Part shown: piece by piece, positions 10,659 through 20,322 of the stretch | How the letters are laid out: each line of letters starts with the position of its first letter | Position numbering within the stretch: position 1 is the stretch's first letter | From: an uncultured bacterium | GTDB lineage: Bacteria; Oederibacteriota; PGYV01; CAWJRG01 | Direction: 5' to 3' | DNA length: 64,000 nt | Assembly (NCBI GenBank): GCA_963845185.1 | Contig: CAWJRG010000010.1 | Coordinates: 736,001-800,000, forward strand | Notes under the pieces: generated by a model | What the model was told of the DNA's origin: nothing | Seen by the model: only the letters and a program-made list of their open reading frames with translations | Databases searched by the model: none | Made by a program: the position numbers and the translations under genes

Positions 10659-11552
10659 TTATATTAAATTAAGCACTTCCTTTAGTGACGGCAGGTTTAA
10701 GGCTGCCGGGAAATGCTCGCACGCGAGCGCGCCGACTGCAGCGGCAAATTTTATAATTTTTTCGTCTTCATACCCCTGTAAAACCCCGTAAACCGCCCCT
10801 GCCCTGAAAAAATCGCCTGCCGCAAGCGTGCCTTTTGCTTTTACTGTAAAAGGTATGAATTTTTTTATCCCCTGGTTTTTCCTGCAATAAAGTATTTCCC
10901 TGTTCCCAAAAGTAAAAACAACAAGCCCTTCTGTGTTGTCCGAGTATTTTTTAATCTGCTTTTTAATGTTTGCTCCGGGAAATTCCCTTTGAGTGAATTC
11001 ATCAGATATTATTGTGACTGCGGCATGCCTGTGTATAAAATCATCAGGCTTTAAATCTATGGTTACATATTTTTTAGCGTACGCAACGCAATGTTCTGCC
11101 GCAAGCTTTGAATCCTCTCCAAAAAACGGGTCAAGCGAAACAACTTTTGCGTCCTTTATATCGATTTTATTCGGTTTTGACCACTTTTTTTCTTTGGATG
11201 ACAAATAATTCCCGAACTTCCCGAATATTGTCCTTGAATTTGCGTCCACAAGTATAAGGTCTTCCACTCCGTCAAAAGAGCTGTCATATTTCATGCCCGA
11301 GCAGTCAATATGGTGTTTATTGTATAAATCAAGGGTCGGTTTTTTTGTTTTCCTGCCGAGATAAGGCCCGTCTGCCTTTACTTTTAGGCCGAAATTTGCA
11401 AGCAAAAGCGCTGCATTTCCCGTTTCCCCGCTCGGTGTTATTATTGTATTTTTTATTTCCCTGTATGAATCAGGTTCAGGATAATCGCCGTCAAGTATAT
11501 GTATTGTGGACAAACAAGTCATGCCGTAAAGGTAAACATCTAGTGAATGCAT
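10659..11552 (-). CDS. PfkB/ribokinase-family carbohydrate kinase
   Basis: SGETGNAA N-terminal motif, VVFTFG, GTLAAGDFFRAG (PfkB signature-2-like). Confidence 0.85.
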   Translation of the reverse strand: MHSLDVYLYGMTCLSTIHILDGDYPEPDSYREIKNTIITPSGETGNAALLLANFGLKVKADGPYLGRKTKKPTLDLYNKHHIDCSGMKYDSSFDGVEDLILVDANSRTIFGKFGNYLSSKEKKWSKPNKIDIKDAKVVSLDPFFGEDSKLAAEHCVAYAKKYVTIDLKPDDFIHRHAAVTIISDEFTQREFPGANIKKQIKKYSDNTEGLVVFTFGNREILYCRKNQGIKKFIPFTVKAKGTLAAGDFFRAGAVYGVLQGYEDEKIIKFAAAVGALACEHFPAALNLPSLKEVLNLI

Positions 11553-11592
11553 ATGACTCCATTTTTAAATATTATTTGCGAATTAGACAAGA

Positions 11593-12615
11593 TTACTGTG
11601 ACCACCATACATCGTTAAGAGGGGGTGGGGCACCATTATAACCGCCTATTACCCACATCCTGTTATTATATGCAACGCTCGTATGTCCGTACCTGGCTGT
11701 GAACCCTGCCATGCCTGTTGCCTGCGTCCATGCAATACCATCACTTGAATACCATATATCATTAAAGTTATTGCCGTTATTAGTACCGGCCATAATCCAT
11801 ATTCTTCCGTTATATACTATGCTTGTTTGCCCGGCCCTGGTTCCAAACCCAGCTGAACCAGTCGCCTGTACCCAATTCATGCCGTCACTGGAACTCCATA
11901 CGTCGCTATAATAAGTGGTAAAGTTGGAACCGGCTACAACCCACATCTTATTATTAAACACAACACTTGTATGCCCGAATCTTGCTGAAAATGCAGCTGT
12001 TCCTGTTACCTGCGTCCATGTCGCGCCGTCAGTGGAATTCCATACGTCGTTTAGATAACCAAGGCTATTTAATCCGCCTATTACCCATATTTCATTATTA
12101 TATACAACACTTGTATGTCCCGCCCTGTTGGAAAATACATTTGTCCCTATTGCCTGCGTCCATATCACGCCATCAGTTGAACTCCATACATCATTATATA
12201 TGCTGGGATTCTGCCCTGCTATAACCCACATTTTATTGTTATATACAACGCTCGTATGCAAATTCCTTCCAGGGAATGCGGCATTTCCTGTTATCTGAGT
12301 CCATAATGAGCCGTCAGTTGAACTCCATACATCATTCAGGCCAGTAGTGCCATCCACAGTCCCGCCTATAACCCACATCATATTATTATATACAACGCTT
12401 GTATGCTGGTATCTTGGAGTAAACCCAGCTGTCATAGTTGTGTCTGTCCAGAATGCCCCGGAATTTGACGGCGTGGGAATGGTTCCTGGCGTAGGAACAG
12501 TTATTGGCGTGGCCATGGCCGGTGTAGGTAAAACCGGAACTTTTAGATTTTTGCATCCGGTAAGCGCAATAAAAATTAGAGATATGGCAATAAGTACCGT
12601 TATTATTTTTTTCAT
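11593..12615 (-). CDS. Lipoprotein, six-bladed Kelch-like beta-propeller
   Basis: Lipobox LTG-C, Pro/Thr tether, six repeats of RxxHTSVVYNNxxWVxGG...NDVWxSxDG. Confidence 0.85.
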   Translation of the reverse strand: MKKIITVLIAISLIFIALTGCKNLKVPVLPTPAMATPITVPTPGTIPTPSNSGAFWTDTTMTAGFTPRYQHTSVVYNNMMWVIGGTVDGTTGLNDVWSSTDGSLWTQITGNAAFPGRNLHTSVVYNNKMWVIAGQNPSIYNDVWSSTDGVIWTQAIGTNVFSNRAGHTSVVYNNEIWVIGGLNSLGYLNDVWNSTDGATWTQVTGTAAFSARFGHTSVVFNNKMWVVAGSNFTTYYSDVWSSSDGMNWVQATGSAGFGTRAGQTSIVYNGRIWIMAGTNNGNNFNDIWYSSDGIAWTQATGMAGFTARYGHTSVAYNNRMWVIGGYNGAPPPLNDVWWSQ

Positions 12616-12688
12616 TAAAACTCCATTAATATTTTCTTTTCCGAATTTTCGGGCTCATCAAATACCACTTACCACATAGCACTAATCA

Positions 12689-13729
12689 TTACTGCGACCA
12701 CCATACATCATTCAGGAAACCACTATTATTATACCCTGCAATTACCCATATTTTGTTATTATATGCAACACTTGATTGCCCATACCTGGCGCTAAACCCG
12801 GCTATGCCTGTTGCCTGTGTCCAGGTTATGCCATCAATTGAACTCCATACGTCATTTAAATAAGGCGAATTAGCACCGCCATCATATCCGGCAATTACCC
12901 ATATTTTATTATTATATACAATACTTGAAAGCCCGGCCCTACCGGGAAACCCTGCTGTCACATTATTCCATGTCATGCCATCGCTTGAACTCCAAACATC
13001 ATTCTCAAAACCATAGTTATACGTTCCGCCATCATATCCGCCTATCACCCACATTTTATTATTAAACACTACACTTGCATGTCCATACCTGGAGGTGAAT
13101 ACAGTTGTCCCTGTTGCCTGCGTCCATGCCATACCGTCACTGGAATACCAAACATCATTTAGGCCAGAAGCTCCGTTCGTTCCGCCTATAACCCACATCA
13201 TGTTATTAAATACTACGCTCGTCTGTCCATACCTGCCGCTAAACCCGGCTGTGCCTGTTGCAAGATTCCAGTTTATACCGTCGCTTGAACTCCATACATC
13301 GTTATAATAAGTTGTGTTATCAAATCCGCCTATAACCCACATCATATTATTAAATACTACGCTTGAATGAAAATACCTGGGGTTAAATCCGGCTGCCCCT
13401 GTTGTCTGTGCCCATGTAACGCCATCGCTTGAATTCCATACGTCATTAAGAATAACCATCCCGTTACCTAACCCGCCTATAACCCACATCATATTGTTGT
13501 ATACAAGGCTTGTATCCTGATACCTGCCGGCAAACCCGGCTGCCATTGTCGCGTCAGTCCAGTAAACTCCTGGATTTGATATAGGCGTAACCGTAGGCAA
13601 AGCAGTGGGCATGGTTATAGGCGTGGGCATGATTGGGGTAGGTACGGATGGCAGCTTTAAATTTTTACACCCTGAAATCGCCGCTAAAAAAAGTATTATT
13701 ATAAAAAACAAAACTGCAATTTTTTTCAT
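12689..13729 (-). CDS. Lipoprotein, six-bladed Kelch-like beta-propeller (tandem paralog)
   Basis: Lipobox ISG-C, same six repeats, identical C-terminus LNDVWWSQ. Confidence 0.85.
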   Translation of the reverse strand: MKKIAVLFFIIILFLAAISGCKNLKLPSVPTPIMPTPITMPTALPTVTPISNPGVYWTDATMAAGFAGRYQDTSLVYNNMMWVIGGLGNGMVILNDVWNSSDGVTWAQTTGAAGFNPRYFHSSVVFNNMMWVIGGFDNTTYYNDVWSSSDGINWNLATGTAGFSGRYGQTSVVFNNMMWVIGGTNGASGLNDVWYSSDGMAWTQATGTTVFTSRYGHASVVFNNKMWVIGGYDGGTYNYGFENDVWSSSDGMTWNNVTAGFPGRAGLSSIVYNNKIWVIAGYDGGANSPYLNDVWSSIDGITWTQATGIAGFSARYGQSSVAYNNKIWVIAGYNNSGFLNDVWWSQ

Positions 13730-13730
13730 A

Positions 13731-14498
13731 TTAAAACTCCTTTGTTAAAACCATTGCGAACCTGTCTCCCTTATAATCAATATTTAAAGCTGTGTCTTTT
13801 GTGAAAACTGCGTGCAAAAAAAACGCGTCAACAAGCGTGTATACCACCAGGCCGACTGTAATCCCGGCTACTATCCCAAAAAGGTTTTGTTTGTTCTGCG
13901 CATTAGACAGATTGTTTACCAGCGTGTTGTAATTATCCACGGTTGTATTGTTTATCTGGCCATAGAGGCTGTTGTAATCATCCGACGCTTTATTCTGGTC
14001 AAGGTAAGAAACCACCGAGTATGCTGCAAGCGAAACATCCACAATCACCAGGCCCCATTTTAAAACCGGGCTTCCTTCGTCGTGTTTTATCCCTGCTTCC
14101 TGAGTATTCGGCAATGGCGGAGCCTGGCCCTCAAGTTTTGCTATAAAATTTTCAACCTGCGTTGTGGGGTATAAGGCGTCTGCTGCTTTGTACCATTTCA
14201 GCGCCTCTTCTGTCTGGTTTGCCTTGTACGCGGCGTACCCTTTTGCAAGGTCTTCCTTGTATGCCATCGCGACGCTGTAATCAAGGAATTTTTTCAGGGT
14301 AGGGTCCTGTTTTACCGCGTACGCGCTTTTATAGTACATGCTGGCGTCTGTCCAGTTTTTTGCCTTGTACGCTTCGTTCCCTTTTTGTAAATCTTCGTCA
14401 TAACCAGCGTATAGAGGCAAAACAAATATGGCTGTTACTGCGAAAAACAGAAGCACCCGTAGTAAAAAATGTCTCTTAAAGTGAATTTTTTCCTGCAT
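13731..14498 (-). CDS. Exported TPR-like protein with C-terminal hydrophobic hairpin
   Basis: Signal peptide, two helical repeats (EDLQKGNEAYKAK / EDLAKGYAAYKAN), two hydrophobic segments, ends FAMVLTKEF. Confidence 0.65.
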   Translation of the reverse strand: MQEKIHFKRHFLLRVLLFFAVTAIFVLPLYAGYDEDLQKGNEAYKAKNWTDASMYYKSAYAVKQDPTLKKFLDYSVAMAYKEDLAKGYAAYKANQTEEALKWYKAADALYPTTQVENFIAKLEGQAPPLPNTQEAGIKHDEGSPVLKWGLVIVDVSLAAYSVVSYLDQNKASDDYNSLYGQINNTTVDNYNTLVNNLSNAQNKQNLFGIVAGITVGLVVYTLVDAFFLHAVFTKDTALNIDYKGDRFAMVLTKEF

Positions 14499-14557
14499 TT
14501 TTGCCCTCCGTATTTTGATAATTATTATTGTTTTTCAACATCTTTAAAGCTGTTAAA

Positions 14558-14586
14558 AGTATATCATTGATTTTTCAGCCGGTCAA
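14558..14586 (-). promoter_or_regulatory. sigma70 promoter for the TPR-Kelch lipoprotein operon
   Basis: Minus strand TTGACC-N17-TATACT with TGn. Confidence 0.6.
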
Positions 14587-14656
14587 GTTTTTGATTTTAG
14601 ATTATGGGTATTTCTGCTGTATTTACGGAAATAAATTAAACGTACAAAATTGCTCC

Positions 14657-14685
14657 TTGACTTTTCTAAAAACCAAAATTATACT
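14657..14685 (+). promoter_or_regulatory. Divergent sigma70 promoter for the Kelch-CTD gene
   Basis: TTGACT-N17-TATACT. Confidence 0.6.
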
Positions 14686-14898
14686 TAATATATATAGATA
14701 ATAATTTTATTAAAAGCTGGATTTCTGGAGGCAAAATTTAAAAATCCATCTTGTTTTTTTTATCTTTGTTTCTCTTTCTAAATTTGTTATTTTCTGACAC
14801 ATGGTAAAATGGAAAAATATTATTTTAAGCGGCATATATATTTATAGTACAAATGAAGGAGAAACTAAAAATGGGTAAAATGAATGCGGTAAAATATA

Positions 14899-16311
14899 AT
14901 GCGTAAAATAAACATTTTAACAGTAATCGTTATTTTATTTTTTTTATTAGGAAATAATTTATTTTCTGCGCCCACACCGACACCAACAATTATACCCGGA
15001 GCGGGAATACAATGGCAAGAAGTGACAACAGCAGCGCAATTCTCTCCAAGACAGCAATTGGCATGTGTTGTATTTAATAATATGATATGGGTATTAGGTG
15101 GAAATACCAGCAGCGGGGCGGTAAACGATGTGTGGAATTCAGCAGATGGCGCAAACTGGAATGAGGTAACAAGTGCGGCAGCATGGGAGGGCAGAGACGA
15201 GCATAAAGCGCTGGTTTATAACAATCAAATATGGATAATGGGTGGAAGCGCAGCCAGCGGCACTAAAAATGACGTATGGTATTCAAACGACGGGTTTAAC
15301 TGGGGATGCACCACAACGGCGGCAGCATGGAGCCAAAGACTTCGTATGGGAGTTGTTGTATTTAATAACCAGATGTGGGTAATGGGTGGGGAAAGCGGAA
15401 CCGGTAATGTAGTTTATAACGACGTATGGTATTCAAGCGATGGCGTAAACTGGGGATACACCACAACAGCGGCAGCATGGGCAGCCAGACAGGGATTATC
15501 TGCAGTAGTGTATAATGGTGCAATGTGGGTTTCGGGCGGAGATGACGCTGTTTCTACGACATTTAATGATGTATGGAGTTCAAGTGATGGAATAAACTGG
15601 ACAAATGCAACAAGTTCTGCAGGCTGGGCAGCCAGATTGACGCAGGGGAATGTAGTATTTAATGGACGCATGTGGATATACGACGGCTGGTATGAAATCG
15701 GCGGTTGGGTTTATTATAACGATGTATGGTATTCTTATGACGGAACTGCATGGACAGAAGCAACGAATTCAGCGCCATGGTCAGCCAGAAATGATTCTGG
15801 ATGTGTTGTTTTCAACAATTATATGTGGATAATAGCAGGCTATGTAGGCAGTGGCGGAATTAGCAATGATGTATGGAGATCACCTCCTGAATATCCTACA
15901 GCAACTGTAAGTCCGGCATTAACAGCAACGCCCACATTTACTCCTACTTATATAATTTCTCCTACAATAACACCGACCTGGATATTTACAAATGCATCCC
16001 CTACGCCGACACAGGCAGTTATGGCTGTATGCTTTCAATTATATAAAAATTCTCCAAACCCTTTTTCCGACGGCACAAACATGATTTATGCGTTGTGCGG
16101 CCAGTATAAAGTAAAAATAAAAATATATACTATAAGCGGCGAATTAGTGGTTGAGCTTGGCCAGCAGGGGCAGCCAGGCATAAACAGCTTTTATTGGGAT
16201 ACTAAAAACAAGGATGGCAAAGGAGTCGCAAGCGGCATATATATTTACAGCGTAGAAACAGTCGAGGGCTCCAGACAAAAACAGTGGGGAAAGATGGCTG
16301 TCGTGAAATAA
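14899..16311 (+). CDS. Secreted Kelch-like propeller with Thr/Pro linker and T9SS/FlgD-Ig-like CTD
   Basis: Signal peptide, six NDVWxSxDG repeats, TPT-rich linker, CTD NSPNPF...IYTISGE...WD..N..G...SGIYIY...GKMAVVK. Confidence 0.85.
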   Translation: MRKINILTVIVILFFLLGNNLFSAPTPTPTIIPGAGIQWQEVTTAAQFSPRQQLACVVFNNMIWVLGGNTSSGAVNDVWNSADGANWNEVTSAAAWEGRDEHKALVYNNQIWIMGGSAASGTKNDVWYSNDGFNWGCTTTAAAWSQRLRMGVVVFNNQMWVMGGESGTGNVVYNDVWYSSDGVNWGYTTTAAAWAARQGLSAVVYNGAMWVSGGDDAVSTTFNDVWSSSDGINWTNATSSAGWAARLTQGNVVFNGRMWIYDGWYEIGGWVYYNDVWYSYDGTAWTEATNSAPWSARNDSGCVVFNNYMWIIAGYVGSGGISNDVWRSPPEYPTATVSPALTATPTFTPTYIISPTITPTWIFTNASPTPTQAVMAVCFQLYKNSPNPFSDGTNMIYALCGQYKVKIKIYTISGELVVELGQQGQPGINSFYWDTKNKDGKGVASGIYIYSVETVEGSRQKQWGKMAVVK

Positions 16312-16418
16312 TTTTTATATTAAAGTTAATTCCCTATTTTTTCAATCAAAAGATAAGTTTTAATTGATTAAAACCTGTGTTAAAATAATATAAAAATATT
16401 CTTTAAAAAGGAAAAAAA

Positions 16419-17519
16419 ATGAAAATTTTATTTGTTTCCCATAGTTCTGTTTTGAAATATCACCAGCAAAAGCTTGAGATACTCGCGTCAAAATTCAACC
16501 ACGACATTACCCTTGTCACACCGCCTTTCTGGTACGAAGGCGGCGCCAAAATACCGGTATATACGGGAACCAGCAAAATAAAATATGAAACTGGAAAAGC
16601 AGTCACTTTTAAGAAAAGGATGCTGCATTTTTACATGAATGCCGCTGCTATAACAAAAAAGGCAAACCCCGACATAGTCCATATAGAGGAGGAACCTTTT
16701 GCACCGGCCTGCTGGCAGTTCCTTCGTGCCGCAAAAAAAATGCATAAAAAAACAGTTTTTTTTACGTGGGAAAACATAGAACGCAATCATAACCCTGTGT
16801 ATTCCTACTTTGATAAATATTGCATAACAAATGCTGATGCCGCCATATCCGGCAATGAAGATGGTAAAAATATACTTTTTAAAAAAGGGTTTAAAGGTAG
16901 CCTGGAAGTAATACCCCAGTATGGAATTAATCTTGAGGATTTTCCATTAACAGAAAAAAAGAACGGTAATAAAGTGCTAAACCTGGTGTATATAGGCAGG
17001 CTGACGCCTGAAAAAGGCTTATCAACATTGGTTGAATCCTTAAAAGATATGCCAGGAATCAAGCTTCATATAGCCGGCTCAGGTTCAGCCTTATTTACAG
17101 AAAATCTTTGCAAGCAGATAGAATCCCTGGGCATGAAAGATAAAGTGATATTATATCCGTTTATTGACAGGGAAAAAATCCCCGGTTTTTTGTCCAAAAT
17201 GGACATTTTAATCCTTCCTTCACTTACGTCCCCGGCATGGAAAGAGCAGTTCGGCAGGGTTCTTATTGAGGCATTTGCAGCCCAAGTTGCTGTGATTGGG
17301 TCTGATTCCGGCGAAATCCCGCATGTTATAGCAGACGCAGGACTTGTGTTTCGCGAGGGAGATTCTCATGACCTTGCATCAAAAATATTATTGCTGATAA
17401 AGAATCCGGAGCTTTATGCTTCGTATTTAAAAAAGGGTTATAAAAGGGTTGCTGATAATTATACAAATGACGTAATTGCAGGGCAAATAGACAGTCTTTA
17501 TAGGAAATTGTCCGGTTAA
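16419..17519 (+). CDS. GT4 glycosyltransferase
   Basis: HIEEEP, YIGRLTPEKG, WKEQFGRVLIEA, SDSGEIP. Confidence 0.9.
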   Translation: MKILFVSHSSVLKYHQQKLEILASKFNHDITLVTPPFWYEGGAKIPVYTGTSKIKYETGKAVTFKKRMLHFYMNAAAITKKANPDIVHIEEEPFAPACWQFLRAAKKMHKKTVFFTWENIERNHNPVYSYFDKYCITNADAAISGNEDGKNILFKKGFKGSLEVIPQYGINLEDFPLTEKKNGNKVLNLVYIGRLTPEKGLSTLVESLKDMPGIKLHIAGSGSALFTENLCKQIESLGMKDKVILYPFIDREKIPGFLSKMDILILPSLTSPAWKEQFGRVLIEAFAAQVAVIGSDSGEIPHVIADAGLVFREGDSHDLASKILLLIKNPELYASYLKKGYKRVADNYTNDVIAGQIDSLYRKLSG

Positions 17520-17526
17520 AGCATTA

Positions 17527-18561
17527 ATGGACGCAAAATACGATTTATCAACATACAAATATGATATTCCCAGGGAGTTAATAGCCCAGAAACCGCTTCC
17601 ATCAAGGGACGCCTCCAGGCTTTTGATACTTGATAAAAAAAGCGGCAGTATAACCCATGAAAAATTTTTTAAAATCCATGATTACTTAAATCCCGGCGAT
17701 TGTATTGTAATAAACGACACAAAAGTTTTTCCTGCCCGGCTTTATGGGGTAAAAGACAAAACTGACGCACAAATAGAGCTGCTTTTCCTTGAAAAAAAAT
17801 CAGAATATGACTGGGAAGTAATGATAAAAAATTCCCGGAGGGTCAGGCCGGGCGACACTATAATCCTGCCGGAAAATATAAAGGCTGTCATTCTTGAGAA
17901 ATCCGGCAAAATTTCCCGGGTCAGGCTGAATTTTACTGAAGAAATATTAAAGGACAAATTATGGAAATCCGGCTCCATGCCGCTGCCTCCTTACATCAAG
18001 CAGGACATACATAACAAAATTCACAAAGAACGCTATCAGACTGTTTTTGCAGCAAAAGAGGGTGCCGTGGCCGCGCCTACCGCAGGCCTTCACTTTACCG
18101 AAAAAGTATTTGAAAATCTCAGGTCAAAAGGCGTTGATGTCGTTAAAATCACCCTGCATGTAGGCATCGGCACTTTTAAGCCTGTAGTTGCAAAAGATAT
18201 AAGGCAGCACAGGATGCACAGGGAGTATTTTGAAATATCTGAAAGTTCTGCTGAAATAATAAATAAGGCAAAAAGGGTAATTGCCTGCGGCACGACATCA
18301 CTGCGCTGCCTTGAAAGCGCCGTATCCGGCAGCAAAATAATGCCCAAGTCCGGATATACGGATATTTTTATTTATCCCGGATATGAGTTTAAGATTGTCA
18401 ATGGTTTGATAACTAATTTTCACCAGCCCGAAAGCACGCTTCTAATGCTTGTATGCGCTTTTGCCGGAATTGATAATATAAGGCATGCCTATAATGAGGC
18501 AATTAAAAATAATTACAGGTTTTATTCCTACGGCGACGCGATGTTTATAAAAGGCGATTAA
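17527..18561 (+). CDS. queA: S-adenosylmethionine:tRNA ribosyltransferase-isomerase
   Basis: ELIAQKP, NDTKVFPARL, PLPPYI, YQTVFA, AAPTAGLHFT, LHVGIGTF, TNFHQPESTL, YRFYSYGDAM. Confidence 0.97.
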   Translation: MDAKYDLSTYKYDIPRELIAQKPLPSRDASRLLILDKKSGSITHEKFFKIHDYLNPGDCIVINDTKVFPARLYGVKDKTDAQIELLFLEKKSEYDWEVMIKNSRRVRPGDTIILPENIKAVILEKSGKISRVRLNFTEEILKDKLWKSGSMPLPPYIKQDIHNKIHKERYQTVFAAKEGAVAAPTAGLHFTEKVFENLRSKGVDVVKITLHVGIGTFKPVVAKDIRQHRMHREYFEISESSAEIINKAKRVIACGTTSLRCLESAVSGSKIMPKSGYTDIFIYPGYEFKIVNGLITNFHQPESTLLMLVCAFAGIDNIRHAYNEAIKNNYRFYSYGDAMFIKGD

Positions 18562-18579
18562 TGTGTTTTCTATACTTTT

Positions 18580-20322
18580 TTATTTGCCGTTATTCGGACT
18601 TTTATCACTGCTTTTTAAACCATTATTTATCAGATAAAACCAATTCAGCCCGGCTGCTATAATTATCCAAAAAACCGTAAGAAAAACAGTATTCTTGCCC
18701 GGTGCCCACAACGAAGGGAAAAACGAACTGAAATGTATTTTTAAAAACCTCGATGCAAATTTTAGTATCCAGTTCTCCCCTAACCCTTTGTTCCACCTGA
18801 ACCATGGTATTAAAAAAATGCACATGCTTATGAAAAAACCCAGTGCAGTCAGGCAGCGTACAAGCATTATTGAAAACTTATGTCTTAAGTTGTTTAAAAC
18901 CTCGGCAATAAGAAGTGAAAATACAAAAACAACAGGCACAAAAAACCTAGGTGATGCCCCTCCGCCTCCCCTCCAATCTGCCCAGGACGCAATCATTGCG
19001 TAATACGGTACAAAAATCAGCGCTGCCTGCCAGAATGCTTTTTTGTTGCTTTTAAACAGCGATATTGCACCAGCAAACATTAGTATAAAAATCGGAGTAT
19101 AAAAATAAAGGCCGAATTCCTGGTCAAAAAAAAGGCCGATTATTCCCTGCAAGTTAAACTTAAAAACCTGTGAAAAAGTCATGTTTGCCTGAGTCTGCCT
19201 CGGTATAAGGGCATGATAATGACCATAATTAAACCAGAAAAGCAATAAAAGAGATACTGCCTGCGATGCAATTAGTGCCATTACTTTTTCAATCTCTTTT
19301 CTGTGCTCGTATGCAATAATTATCAAAAGTATCGCCCATATAATTAAATTTCTAGGGTGTGCCCATGGAACCAGCGCCAAAAGGCCGCACGCAATATAAA
19401 ATTTTTTTCTGTATTGTGTAAACAGCACGAAAGAACCCAGTATTAAAACACCTGATAAAACTTCGCAGCATATCTGGTTTGCAAACATGAAAACAGGCAG
19501 AGAAAAAGCGGTTATTAAAGATGCAGCTATGGATATTTTTTTATCTTCATAAAATCCTGCAAGAAAGAGAAATAACAGCGCGCTCAATATAGCTGATAAA
19601 AAATTCACGAAAGCAGAAACACCAAACCTGCCGCCAATAAAATAAAAAGGCGATATTAGTATGGATATAAGAACCGGATGATATGAATATAGCTTGCCGT
19701 TTGATTCTATTCCCTGCGGCTCCAGCTCCTTGTCATAAAAATGCAAATAATCCTTTTTCTCATAATTATTTTTCAAATCAATATCCCTGTCATAAATCAT
19801 GCTGTGCGCTGCAAGCAGGTATACCGGCTCGTCTCCGGTAGGCTGGTTTGCATAATTGAACCACATGGAAACTGCAAAAGAAAAAATAAAAATGAATGTA
19901 AAAATAAAAACAAATATATCCTTATTCTTCACGTTTGACAGATTCACCGTTTTGTTCAATCTGTATAGTATATAGCCCATGAGTATTGTTGTGAAACACG
20001 CGTAGGATGCTCCAAGCAGTATTTCAAACTTTCTTAAAATAAAATTATGCGGATCCGGGAAATTAAATTTAATCAGTTCCGGCGCCAAGAAAAGCACGAG
20101 AAAAACAAAAAGAACAATTGAAACTTTTCCAAAGATTTTAAAAAATCCTTCACGCGTGAAACGATTAATGCCGGCCGTTGATATTGCAAGCAGGGCATAT
20201 ATGACGGCCGGCGCCAGGTAAACCGGGTATATGAGCATGCCGCAGTTTAAAAAAAACTGCCTTGCATAAAAAATAAATCCGGCAATAAAACAAATATGTG
20301 CAGCTATTGGCAGCAGTATCAT
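18580..20322 (-). CDS. Multi-TM GT-C-like membrane protein
   Basis: PTGDEPVYLLAAHSMIYDRDIDLKNNY acidic loop motif, GLFFDQEFGL, PRFFVP. Paralog of 63109-64000. Confidence 0.7.
   Translation of the reverse strand: MILLPIAAHICFIAGFIFYARQFFLNCGMLIYPVYLAPAVIYALLAISTAGINRFTREGFFKIFGKVSIVLFVFLVLFLAPELIKFNFPDPHNFILRKFEILLGASYACFTTILMGYILYRLNKTVNLSNVKNKDIFVFIFTFIFIFSFAVSMWFNYANQPTGDEPVYLLAAHSMIYDRDIDLKNNYEKKDYLHFYDKELEPQGIESNGKLYSYHPVLISILISPFYFIGGRFGVSAFVNFLSAILSALLFLFLAGFYEDKKISIAASLITAFSLPVFMFANQICCEVLSGVLILGSFVLFTQYRKKFYIACGLLALVPWAHPRNLIIWAILLIIIAYEHRKEIEKVMALIASQAVSLLLLFWFNYGHYHALIPRQTQANMTFSQVFKFNLQGIIGLFFDQEFGLYFYTPIFILMFAGAISLFKSNKKAFWQAALIFVPYYAMIASWADWRGGGGASPRFFVPVVFVFSLLIAEVLNNLRHKFSIMLVRCLTALGFFISMCIFLIPWFRWNKGLGENWILKFASRFLKIHFSSFFPSLWAPGKNTVFLTVFWIIIAAGLNWFYLINNGLKSSDKSPNNGK

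Noticed and set aside
11593..15890. Recurrent DNA repeats (e.g. GAACTCCATAC) suggesting a CRISPR array, DGR or shufflon
   Set aside because: They are in-frame coding repeats of Kelch-like blades. There is no repeat-spacer structure, and no reverse transcriptase or recombinase nearby.
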